From Eukaryota sp. GEM-RC1 (taxonomy: Eukaryota), in NCBI GenBank assembly GCA_040285855.1, contig JAUFOQ010000010.1, forward strand, positions 186,001-250,000: a stretch of DNA of 64,000 nucleotides, written 5' to 3'. Positions 37,360 through 48,852 of the stretch are shown piece after piece. The notes below the pieces were generated by a model. The model saw only the letters and a list, made by a program, of their open reading frames with translations. It had not been told where the DNA came from and made no database searches. Numbering within the stretch: position 1 is the stretch's first letter; the number at the start of each line of letters is the position of its first letter. Position numbers and translations under genes: made by a program.

Positions 37360-39262
37360 TTGTCTTTATTTAATTGTTGTTTTCTTGTTGTGTGTTTTTC
37401 TCCGCACATAAATCCGTTTTACATTCTCTAATTACTATGGCTTTAACATACACTGATTTTGACACAAGTATTCGGCAAATAAATACATTGTATTAAGAAT
37501 TCCAACAAAAATATGAATTCCAACAACTAATAATAATACCCTGCCCAAATGCAAACAAATTCACTCCATCTGGTCATGGATAACATTTTTCGACTTCAAC
37601 AGCCACTGCAAACTTGTAGAGTTTCTCCACTGATCGAGAGAAATACGTTCTTTCGATCAATGGAAATCATGATACGATTTCCTTAGAAAAAAGTCCTTTA
37701 GTTCAGACACTCAAACCTACACTGCTTCCTACATATCTAAATCTATTGCAAAAGACATCTTTTAAATGGTGCGAAATTCAAATAATAATGACAGATATTG
37801 CGCAAAATTGAAAGTATTGAACTCGGTTTCACGTTCGGATTACTTGGTGTACTTGGTGTTATAATGATAACAAATTTTAGTTTTAGTTGTTTAGTCTATG
37901 ATATTTAGATTTACAACTTTACAAATCCCAAGCTGATAATGTACAGTTGTAAAGTAAAAGTCTTCTTCGAATTCATAACGTTGCATTGAGTATTTTATGC
38001 CAGATCCAGACAGCTAAAAGCCGATTAAGAAATTCCAATTCGAAGATCACTTCAGTACAGTTTACTACCAAAACTTAAGCAACACACAAACAAACTAATC
38101 GATGAAAAATTGAATCATCGATTTTATATTATTTCTTTGAAGTGTGGGTGGATGAATGTAGGCCAAAATCAGCTCCTAGATACAATATGATCGGGTTTTC
38201 TAATAACTATCACTTCTTTACCAGTGGAGGGCGATGTAGCCGACGTCATCTACACTCAGTCAGTTCTAAGATGTTGTTACTTCTACAGAAAAAGTACACA
38301 GCTCAAAACCAACGAAAGAACCAATTGTGGAGTGAAGCGTCTATCGAATGTGTTGTAGTTTGTTTTAGTTCCGTCAATGGGTTTGGTCACTTTTTTTGGC
38401 TTATATGTGACAATATATCACTTTGCTCTTGTCATCATTATTTACGTTACATTACAGGTTGTATAGTTTTAAAGTTTGATTGTAACGTAAAGCTGGTAAT
38501 TTACAACTTTACAAAACTAAATTATTGTAATGAACAACTATGAACCAAACCAAACCAATCCAATCCAATCATTGGTTTAACCAGAACAAGTGGTTTTGTG
38601 TCCACCCATACTGTTTTATGATGAGATAAAACTACATTAACAATAATCTATGGCAAACTAAGTATCACATGGACTCGTGTATTATGACAAAATAGTATTA
38701 TTAGGAAACTGAAATGAATGATCAATGCAAAGGATCTGTTTAAAATCGAATCAAAATACCTAAACAATGCTTTGAAGAGGGAAACAGACAAAATTCCTCT
38801 CCAATAACTTTCATTGATTCCATACTGCTTACACAATTTGCCAAAAGATGTGAGAAATTTTTGTCTTGAAAAATCAAATTTTCCGAAAAGAGAAGTAGCA
38901 AAACTATGCAAAACAAACCGATGATGTCGACGAGAATTCATCTTGGAAATTAATTCACCATAACGATCTAATTTTTTCTTTCAGCAGTTTCAAGAGCTGA
39001 ATAGTTTTCGTCTGAAATTTTGTTAACAGAAGATGAGTTACAAGGATCAACCGTAGTAAAGTCCATAATTTTTTGCTGAGAGGACAACCAAGGACCAATC
39101 AAATCACTTCTGCTCTTATCTCTCATAATTGGAGTCAGACAAAGTATTTAAAACTGGTATAATTTTCCCATGAAAACCATTGCTCTTAAACAATTCTAAA
39201 CATTGATCACGTAAATTGTTGTGAATAATTGATCTTAAAAGAAGAAACTGATGACAGTTGAA
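37360..39262 (+). repeat. Segmental duplication, copy 3 (more diverged), ending in a minus-strand CRE RLE fragment
   Basis: Colinear with 24655-25170 plus 25550-26905. Confidence 0.9.
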
Positions 39263-39821
39263 CACACGCTGGAAAAAGGCTAAAGAAGAACCACACAGAA
39301 ATAGACTTTTGATGAAGACGAACAGAATTTGTTTTGTCTAGTTGCAACAAGTATGAACTTTCAAAGTTCATATCTGGAGTGAAAATAATAGTGTCGCACG
39401 AAACGTCTAAATTGAATTTTGGAACATCTTTTTGATATGAGTACAAACATTTTCTATTGGTCACTGCCCCAATATCTTCTCCCCCTATTCATTAAAGAGC
39501 TGTCTGGTTACTTTAAGATAGTCAATATTGACTGCATCAATGAAGCGATACTCAGGCCTTTGTGTCTGTTTTGTCAGCTAGGGGACACAAAAAGGATCCA
39601 AAGTCTTATGTCTAGCCTTTTGGCCACGGACTATTAAAATTTCATTATAATTTTCGTTTATACCTTTCGAACATGTTAGCCAGGTTTCTACATGCAATCA
39701 AGTATTTTAAAAAACGATTCCAAGACTACAAAATTGCGTGTGTTTCGGTAACTTGAATGTTCGTCTACAAAAAGCCGAAATCAAGAATGTATCTTGTAGC
39801 TTCATTTTTTCTGTCAATCTA

Positions 39822-40988
39822 CTGTCAGGCGCCAAATAGTACCCCGGGTCACTAAATTATAGCCCCACCCCCAAACTGGGTCACTATTAGGAGGGGGTCA
39901 CTATTAGGATCCTTTTGTCTTTGTTCATAAATGACCCATAAAACAACTTTATATTTCAATATAACTCTAGTCAAAGACTGCAACAACATCATTATCCATC
40001 CCCAAATTCAATGAATTGTTGAGTTGAAGAAGGTCATCGATGTCATCATCAGACGATGAATCCAAATCGATTACTTCCTCCTCATCACTTGATGAATATG
40101 GTAATAATGCATCGAAACTATTGATATCTAAGTGAGGACGGATTGATGGATGGCGAGAAATCAATAAGGTCTGCGAAGGCCCTAGAAACGACACTTGAAA
40201 AGATTTTGATATTACTTCACTCTTTAACTTGTCCAACGACTCTTTCATCCATTTTGCCATATCGTTAGCCAAAGGTGCTCTAACTCGATTGGAGGTCGTT
40301 ACAGGTGCAGTCTCCAACCATTCTTCAATACAATTCCTGATAGTTGCTTTCATAGGTTTGAACCAACTGACGTCTGCTGGCTGTAATAATCCAGTTAAAC
40401 CACCGAGAATCAAAACATAGTTGAACCCCCTTTCCTTGAGATAAGCCTTGACCTTCTTACTTCGATGGGCAGGAGCTGAATCAAATACCAATAGCATTCT
40501 GTTGGCAGCAGCCTTACTGGTCAATGGAAACATTAACTGCAGATATTTGATGAATAAATCTCCATTCATCAAAGATGATTCTCTTTTCAAGATAAAGCAG
40601 CCTTCTTCTCTATTGGTTCTGTTTCCTGATCTTTGTGCTATAATGGCAGGAGTTTTTTCACTCCTAGAGCGTTAGCCATAACGATTCCGGTCAAACGTAC
40701 CTTTGCGAGACCTGCAGACTTAACAACAACAATCTTTTGGTCAATAAAATCAATTGTTCTTGATTCATTTGGTTCACAAAATATGGCAGTTTCATCACAG
40801 TTCCAAATACCACTATTAAATCTGAATCTAATCGTATATTCTTTTTATTGACATAAGACTGTTTTTATCACCCATTTGTGTGATCTTGATCAACACTGGG
40901 GCACTAAATTATAGCCCCACCCCTAAAGTGGGTCACTATTAGGAGGGGGGCACTATTAGGAGGTGGGTCACTAATTGGTGCCTGACAG
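39822..40988 (-). mobile_element. Internally deleted pogo-family (DD35D) transposon with TA TSD
   Basis: TA|CTGTCAGGCGCCAA...TTGGTGCCTGACAG|TA; IWNCDET, FDSAPAH-35-QPADVSWFKPMK; the N-terminal HTH is missing. Confidence 0.9.
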
Positions 40989-41049
40989 TATATTAAAAGG
41001 GAAAACACGATCGAAAATCTCTTTCGTCTACACCATCGAGAAAACCATC

Positions 41050-41680
41050 ATGCTTGCTTTTTGGCTCTTTCTAACGCTTGTGGGCTTCTCTTATACATCC
41101 CAGTCTTGTCAATTTGATGACGGTGAAATCCGTTATGATCTCAGATCATTGGACAAGTTTGTGTCTTGATAATGCTGACTTTAGAAGAGACGTAACTTGG
41201 TCAACTCCTCATGATTCTAGTACGTGGTACTTCCGTCCCTGTCAAGCCACTTCAGCATGTTCTTCTTCTGATCCAACTGCGGTTCTCTGTGAAATTGATG
41301 CAGAAGGAAATCACTATACAGGAGGCTACTTCCAAACACTCTCAATCGGCCATCTCAATGGAAACACATCCGGAGTTCATAACAGGACATCGAGAGCACT
41401 TGGTATCACTTTGAGCTATAATGGAGCGATAGGCATGAATGATATTGACACTTCAGTCACTGAAATACGATGTGAATGTAGCGACTTATATTTTCCTGCG
41501 ATCGTGGCTGTTTACGAAGACTTTGCAGACTACCGTGTTGTTGTTGAAATGAAATCAATGTCATGTTGTCCGATTAGAAAAACTGACGACAACAAGCGTA
41601 GAGCGTTCCAATACTGGAGTTTTGCAGTCATAGTAGCTGCCATTGTCACTGTTGCATTTCTTGTAGTAGTCATTTTGTAA
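41050..41680 (+). CDS. Single-pass MRH-domain protein (mannose-6-phosphate receptor/ATG27-like), with a 28-nt intron at 41157-41184
   Basis: Signal peptide, C..YDLRSL, WYFRPC, C..C, GITLSY.G, IRC.C, S..CCP, C-terminal TM segment. Confidence 0.75.
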
Positions 41681-41732
41681 GAAATCACATATCGATAGAC
41701 AATAAAAATACTCGTGTAGTAAGTCATTAAGC

Positions 41733-42743
41733 CAGGGCTGTCTAAAAATTGAACCGTAAATTAATTTTGCGATGAGACTAAACCATAAATTAATTTCCGT
41801 AACAATTCAAAACCGTAAATTAATTTCCGTAATAAGATTTAGCCATAAATTAATTTCCGTAACAATTCAAAACCGTAAATTAATTTCCGTAATAAGATTT
41901 AGCCATAAATTAATTTCCGTAACAATTCAAAACCGTAAATTAATTTCCGTAACAATTCAAAACCGTAAATTAATTTCCGTAATTTATCAGAAAGCCATAA
42001 ATGACGTCCTGGAGGCGCATGAATACTGTAATTTCAATAACCAAATTTTCAATACATCTTACTATCAAACAATAATTATCTAGTCTACAGAGCTGGACAA
42101 AATTGGAACTTGTGATTTGTGTTTCCATACTTTCCTTAATACGTATGCTCAAACACTGTAACGTGTCCTTTCATCTTGCAGGTATCCGATGGTAATCACT
42201 TGAAACTTGATCTTTCTGCTTAGCACAACGGGTTTCATGTTAGAAACTTCAAACACAATGTCAAACGCATGTTTCACTCTCTCCTGAATCTACGACTAAT
42301 CGACTTCCCACTCATCTGATAGATTGACAGACTTTCAGCTTTTACGGCATTGCTTGTATTGTAAAACACATCCATTTCTGCTTCAATTAAATATTTGAGA
42401 TTGATTTTGATGTGTATTGATTTTATTGGTAATACGTTCCGCAAATTAATTTCCGTAATGTTCAAGTTCCGTAAATTAATTTCCGTAATACTCTGAAACC
42501 GTAAATTAATTTCCGTAATGTTCAAGTTCCGTAAATTAATTTCCGTAATAATCTGAAACCGTAAATTAATTTCCGTAATGTTCAAGTTCCGTAAATTAAT
42601 TTCCGTAATAATTTAAAACCGTAAATTAATTTCCGTAATGATCAAGTTCCGTAAATTAATTTCCATAAGTCTCAATTTACGGTATTTTATGGAACCAAAA
42701 TTAAAAATTAATTTACGGGGAAATTAATTTTTAGACAGCCCTG
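41733..42743. mobile_element. Non-autonomous hAT element (1011 bp) with 30-bp subterminal tandem arrays
   Basis: TIR CAGGGCTGTCTAAAAATT / AATTTTTAGACAGCCCTG; 8-bp TSD CATTAAGC/TATTAAGC; arrays at 41753-41985 and 42438-42700. Confidence 0.92.
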
Positions 42744-42984
42744 TATTAAGCTTCGAGCACCACAGTAGAATAAATTCGTTGCAGTACATGTATAATCATT
42801 ATTATTCTTGTATTAGGACAAATAGAACAGTTATAATCTTTGATATTGAAATGAGGTTAGTCTCACTGAAACTAATTAAAATAACTTCTTTTTTAAAAAA
42901 CCTTCTTTTGTTTAAAACAAGTCTACAAATTATGAAAAAATTGACAAAAACTCAAACTAAAGACACAAAAACTAACGATTTGTC

Positions 42985-44339
42985 CTAAACATATTCAAAT
43001 TCTTCCAGTTCTTCATCAACTCGGGCTTCCAACCATTGAAAAAACAATCTTAATTGATCTTTCGGTGCATGTGCTTCTTCTTCAGTATCACGGGTCCAGT
43101 TTGAAATATTTAAAAAATTAAAGAAAAAAGGTTCAGAATGATCAATAACAGATTTCCACGTCAAATTTCCATTCGACAGTTCTTTCCGGTCAATCAAAAG
43201 TGATAGAACCATTTGAAGACCAATCCCAAGAATTAAAACCAACAACGAAGTGTAGATATTTAAATCTAGAGGAAAAAGTAAAGGAATTGTAGACAAGAAA
43301 GGTGCGACAAGAAGAATATAGATGGCAAAGATTCTTCTTGATTTTAGAGTAATTAAATTATTTACTAATAAAGAACCCAAAACAGGGGTGAAATGAATGC
43401 TTCCTGTAAGCAACCTCAGTGAAATTCCATGAAAGAACATTTTTAAAAATTTGGACAAACAAAATGCTATTCCAAATTGTACTGACAGTGGATCAATTGA
43501 TTGAGCTCGACCTCCAACAACACGTAGCAATGATTGAATGTTATTGACCTCAATGTCATGTTTTTGAGCTTCCCCGACCAAGAGCAAAAGTCTTTTAGCT
43601 GCAACAAATCTGAAATAGGATCTGTTGAGGACAAAAGTCAAGACGAGAAAACAAATAATATAACGACAACAAAACATTAAAATAATTCGAAAAGTTGAGG
43701 GAAACGTAGCTAAATTAGTTATATAACTAGAATCCATTACATAACCTGTTCTCAACCCACTAGTGAACCCACTAATGTAGTAAAAAGGAGAAGAGAAAAG
43801 CTTTGGAAAACGTGAGCAAGCAGAAGGCAGAGTAATTGAAACATTGGTTGAAGTGAGATTGTAGATGAGAGGATTTAAAGATGGGATTGTAGGATCATGT
43901 TTGAAAAGTTCTAGGGCGAGTCTGTCAGTGGAGAAGACTAGCATATTGCCACGTGGCAGGTCGGTGCCACGTGGCAGAGGGCCAACGTTGTAGAATGACG
44001 ACGAGTATATATAGTTGAGGATAGGCTTGAAAACAGAAAGTTCAGCAAAGGGACAAACTCACGTGAAAACGACATGAGCTTGGTGGTGAAAGGGACATGT
44101 AGATTGGGGAAATGATAAGTAACAGAGACAGTGTTATGGACTCTCATAAGATACTCTAGATCGGGAACATGAACTTTGCATGACGTAGAAAAGACAAAGG
44201 CAGAGTAAAACATGGAAATAAAGGTGACAAGGCAAAGAAGAGACAGAAGCGAGGTCATGACAATTCTAAGCTTTGAGTACTGTTGAAGTTGTCTAAAGAC
44301 TCTGAAGGTGTGTAGAGCGTTGCATATCACTGTGATCAT
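42985..44339 (-). CDS. Multi-pass membrane protein, possibly membralin/TMEM259-like, with one frameshift near 44050
   Basis: N-terminal TM segment, a luminal loop (LVFSTDRLALEL, C, GYV) and several C-terminal TM segments. The family call is weak. Confidence 0.45.
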
Positions 44340-44561
44340 TCTAGTTGGTGTTGTTTTGAGAGAAATTGGAACAACCAAAATGTACATACTTGTATCATAA
44401 CTACATGTATCTTGTGGCTATTGTAAGTGGTACAAACTGCTATGAACATCCTTGTTTATGTTTGCTTCAACTAAAACATTAAAAGAACTTTTTTTTAAAC
44501 ACGAATTAATAGAGGAAACTCCAAATAAATTAGTAATGATAGTCATCCTCCAACTACTCTA

Positions 44562-45316
44562 CTCTAATTTACCTAATACTAGACCCAACCAAACCCTTAC
44601 TAGCCTACCTCGTCTTGGCTAGTAATAGGGCAGGGCTAGTAATTTCCTTAAACATCATCAATATATAATTAAACAATCTTTATAGTGAGATTGTTTACTA
44701 CAAAACAACCAAACCGTGTGTTAATCATATTAAACATACTCATCTTCATCTGAAAAATCTATAGGTTGTTCTTCTCTGTCAGACCCATCACTTGAGAAAC
44801 CAATTTGTTGACCTTCCATCAATTCATTGTAAGCCCGAAAAATCCAACAAACGATGACGTGTGAAATAGCGGTCTACACAAGATAGTTGATTCAAAAAAT
44901 GTTTGATCAAGTCAAGATCAATTTTTTCGTACACAGAGTTAATCATTTGAGCCAGTTTCATGGCTTGTGGACGTGGAAGAGTATGTCCCCTTGTTTTTGG
45001 ACAGTTAAATCTACGAAAATATATCTCAACAATTTCTCGGAAGTTTTTCTTGAATGGTTTAAACCAACAAGTGTCATTAGTCTGACAATAAGATGTGTAT
45101 AAAAAGCATGCTTCAAATTTCTTCGCAATTCTAGATACTACTTAACCTTTCGTGACTTGTGACAGTGAACTGAGTGTACAATAAAATTGAGTCGTTTATG
45201 CGGTCGTGACGTGGAAACAAAAAAATTCAATCTTTACAAGAGTTAAATCTAGAATTACAACTCTGGAGCTAACAATTCTACAACAATATGAGGGGCTAGT
45301 ATTAGGTTAATTAGAG
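44562..45316 (-). mobile_element. pogo-derived MITE (755 bp) with TA TSD
   Basis: TIR CTCTAATTTACCTAATACTAG versus GGGCTAGTATTAGGTTAATTAGAG; internal remnant QTNDTCWFKPFK. Confidence 0.8.
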
Positions 45317-45687
45317 TAACTAATTTAATATATACTTAGAGTTGTGGTTACAAACTACAACTCTTTAGTGGTAAATATCGTTGATAATAAAAACACTCCC
45401 AAAACACTCTACGCATGAGACTTCATAACCATCTATCGTTTTGTTAAAAAAGTATTTGATTTTTAAAAATGATTGATGGATTACCATTAACTGACGTTCA
45501 AACTTTCCGGTGCACCAATGTATTTTTTTTTAAACAAAATGAATGGATCTTGCTATATCATATGAGAAACACGTGTGTGAACAAGGGTTAAAACTTGATT
45601 TTTTCAAATTTCGACTTCGGATTCATCATAATAGCACTAATAAAATTAGAACCATCTACTATAGATTGTTGTCCACTATACATCAAT

Positions 45688-46240
45688 GTTTATTCGGCAC
45701 CCAATAAGGTAACCTTCCTACAAACTATGAAATTGTAAAAACAAACAAAAAATACTAAGATTAAATCCAAACGACTTCATCACCACCCGGTAAAAGATTA
45801 CGTTTATCAACATTAACCTTCACACCAAACTTGTACAATTTCTCAATTAATCTAGAGAAATAGAAAGGCATATTCCGATATATGGAAAACACTATACGGT
45901 TTTTCCATTCAGCCATTCTATACTTACGCTTCTTTTCTTTACACAATTCTTCGAAATCCTTGAAAAATTGATCACCAGCAGGACTAATAGATCCAAAAAG
46001 AGAAACAGCAAAAGGTTGAAACACAAATTTGGAATATGAGTTTCTATTGAATTCTTCTACTTGAGAGTCATACTTGGTGTGTTTGAGCTTTTCAGCTGCT
46101 GTCAATGGATTAAAAGAAGAATCTAATATCCTACTAACACAAGATTTGTTACATACATCTACTGTAGTAAAATCCATTAATGATTGACTCGATTTAAGCC
46201 ACAGAGTATGTAGATCCCCTCTTTTTTGATCAGTAAATTC
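45688..46240 (-). mobile_element. 5'-truncated CRE (RLE plus 3'UTR) fused in frame to an LRR gene fragment
   Basis: KRGDL..MDFTTVD..AEKLKHTKY..PFAVSLFG..VVWI*. Confidence 0.85.
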
Positions 46241-46790
46241 ATTTTCAATAGAAGTCAATGTATCATTGCCTCTGAGTAAATCACACAAAACAGTGATCGA
46301 TTGTTCAACAAAACTACATCCTTTAAGAGTAAGTTCTTTGATATTAAAACTCTCAATAACAGAGCATAAAGAAGACGCCAAAGCTTCAGTTATTAGAGCA
46401 TTTTGAGGAGTGAAGGAAAACACACCGCTTCTAATTAATTAAATGAGGGGACAAATCTAACGAACAATTGAATTTGTTAGCATGTATATCTTCATAAGCC
46501 AAAAGTAAACAACTTAAATTCAAATCCAGAAAACTCACGACCTTCAGTGTTAAATTAGTAGCAAGTCCTTTTAGAACTTTTTTGAAGAGATTCTGATCAG
46601 GAAAGGAACAATCGAATTTTAACACTAGTAAACTTGAATTCTTGGTTAATAGTTGTACTAAAGAAAGTACCTCGTCAGTATTGAAACTCTTTTTCTGATA
46701 GTTATTAGAACTGTCAATAATAAATTCCAATAGAGAATTATTTGAAGACGTTGTCGCCCAAATGCTTGACACAAAATCCCTGTGGAGCAT
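46240..46790 (-). pseudogene. Fragment of an LRR-family paralogue
   Basis: NSSLLVL, SPHLIN, FSFTPQ..FNIKELTLKGCSF..LCDLLRGNDTLTSI; similar to 48853-53313. Confidence 0.8.
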
Positions 46791-48004
46791 TAGGAATCTA
46801 ATCAGAGACTGCCTCCATGAGACCTTTATAACAGAGATGTATCTTCAGACAGTTTTTGTGAAGAGATTACAGACTCAGCAGTTTTGTTGGTAAAGTTTCC
46901 CAAACACGTACGGCTTTCTGCCTTGCTCACTTTCCAGATTGTAGAGTTTTTTGGGTTGTAGCATCGTACCTTAAAGGACCAGTCTTTGCAACTTCGCACA
47001 ACAAGGATTCTTTTCTAATTGTCACATCTTGTACAACCTACAACCACACAGTAGTCGGTTAGTTTTCGGTTTACAAACAAAACTTCCTTTTGTGATATTA
47101 AAGTCTTTGTGTTTTACATAACTGTGTATTTGCTGTCTGCATTAGATCAAAACATTCAGAAGTATGTGGTTTTAACTTAAAACATCACTACACTGTAGTA
47201 AGGTAAGTATAAAATACAACAAAAATTCGATTCTTAAAGTCAATTCGCATTTCTAGATATCTATTCAGAAGTAGTTTTCTTAGATCTTCTTGGTTTCCCA
47301 GCTGAAGGACCAACACAATCATGACTTAATGTACTATCATGGAGTTCATCAATTTCATCAATTAAGCTCACACCTTCTTCTGAGGAAACTGGTCAGGGTT
47401 TTCTATAATTTCAATTCGACATCTTCTCATCTCGTGTACATTATACTGTCCAACTCTGGTAACAATCCATCATTTGACATTTTTACTTCATTTTCGATCA
47501 ATGTATCATCAACTTGACATAAGTTTTCTGCCCACTTATCAGCTTGATAGCGATTCTCTCTTGTTTTGGTTTTCAGAACTTGTACTAAACTGCGTAGATC
47601 TACATGTCCTTCTCCAAATCTTTAATTAACTTGTTGCTGTTAACAATGTTGGCAAGAAATTCACAGGAGGCTTTAGTTTTAGGAGACTTCTGATGGTGAG
47701 AGGAAGAGGTGAAACTCATTCTGGAAATGTACTTGTCAAAATTCAAAAATGATTTGTCTCCACCTAGTTTGATCTGGCTTATCTTGATTCACGAAGCAAT
47801 GGATGGATCAAGAACTGACTCGTTTTGTATGTTGTATGTGTATAAAGGGCCAAATGTCGAGTTTTATTTTTAGACTTTAGAAAAACCACAGATACACGGT
47901 GAAAAACAATACAAATACAGATACAAAAAATACAAAATCCAAAAAATACATGTATTTGTAATTTCCAAATAATGTTTTAAGTGATGGGAAATAAAGAGTC
48001 CTGA

Positions 48005-48770
48005 TGTGTTAAAGTCTCTACTTGTTTGGCCCTGGAATGCAAATGCATGTTTCCAATATGGCCCTATTTTGTCAATTTCTCAAAGTTTATTGTATTTGTT
48101 CAAAATCTGTGAATGCCACGTTCAATCACGTTGTTTATTGCAGGGGTCTTCTATATATAATTTCATTTCTATTTGTTTATACATATTTCTATTTACCACC
48201 CTTTTTCAGTTCAGATTTTAAAGTTCATCTTAGCTCGGCTAAGGAAAAAAATCCAGCTTTTGCTAATTTTTAATTGATTTAAAGGAGAGTTCTGCTGTGG
48301 CATTAATTAATCAAATTCCACAAGTGTATGGTTTATTATTAAATGTTCATCAATGGACCACTACAATGAGACTTCGTTGCTATTTTTGGCCAGTAAAATT
48401 GTTCATTTACCATTTCTCTTAATTAATTTTGAACTTGAAACCTTCAGATAATGCTGGATTACCTAAATTTAAGCGCAACAGTTTTTGTCACTGTAAAATC
48501 AACTTTCAAATCTTCAGCCAATGGTTTCCTTCAGATTTAATAACAATTAACTGTATTTTGGTAATACTGGTCCAGCAGATTTAAATTTTTCAGCGATTTC
48601 AGTTTTATGTCGTTCGAATGGCAATGTTTTTTTAGTGCTGTATGGATTAATCGAATTATGTCTTCTCTTTATAGAAGCATTCCCAAGTATTTATGTTCCA
48701 TTTATTCCGAAGTTGTATAGGGACAATTCCCGTGTTGATGTGGAGAATTTAACTTATTTCATTTTCTGAA
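48005..48770 (+). mobile_element. Degenerate CRE fragments
   Basis: 48213-48390 matches CRE-A at 9075-9256; 48550-48770 reads WINRIMSSLYRSIPKY. Confidence 0.7.
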
Positions 48771-48852
48771 TTAGTATGTAGTAATTTATTGTGGCAAATA
48801 GACTCTAAAAAACATAAAGGAATTAATAATTAATACCAATCTTTACAGAAAA

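Noticed and set aside
41753..42700. CRISPR-like repeat/spacer appearance
   Set aside because: The spacers are only 10 bp and recur, the arrays lie inside hAT TIRs with an 8-bp TSD, the context is eukaryotic, and there are no cas genes.
43947..43976. Tandem palindromic TGCCACGTGGCA (G-box-like) sites
   Set aside because: They fall within a probable coding frame (LPRGTDLPRG) and are explained by a short duplication.
45143..45590. piggyBac MITE (TTAACC...GGGTTAA)
   Set aside because: The putative TIRs do not match beyond a few bases, and the left site lies inside a pogo MITE.
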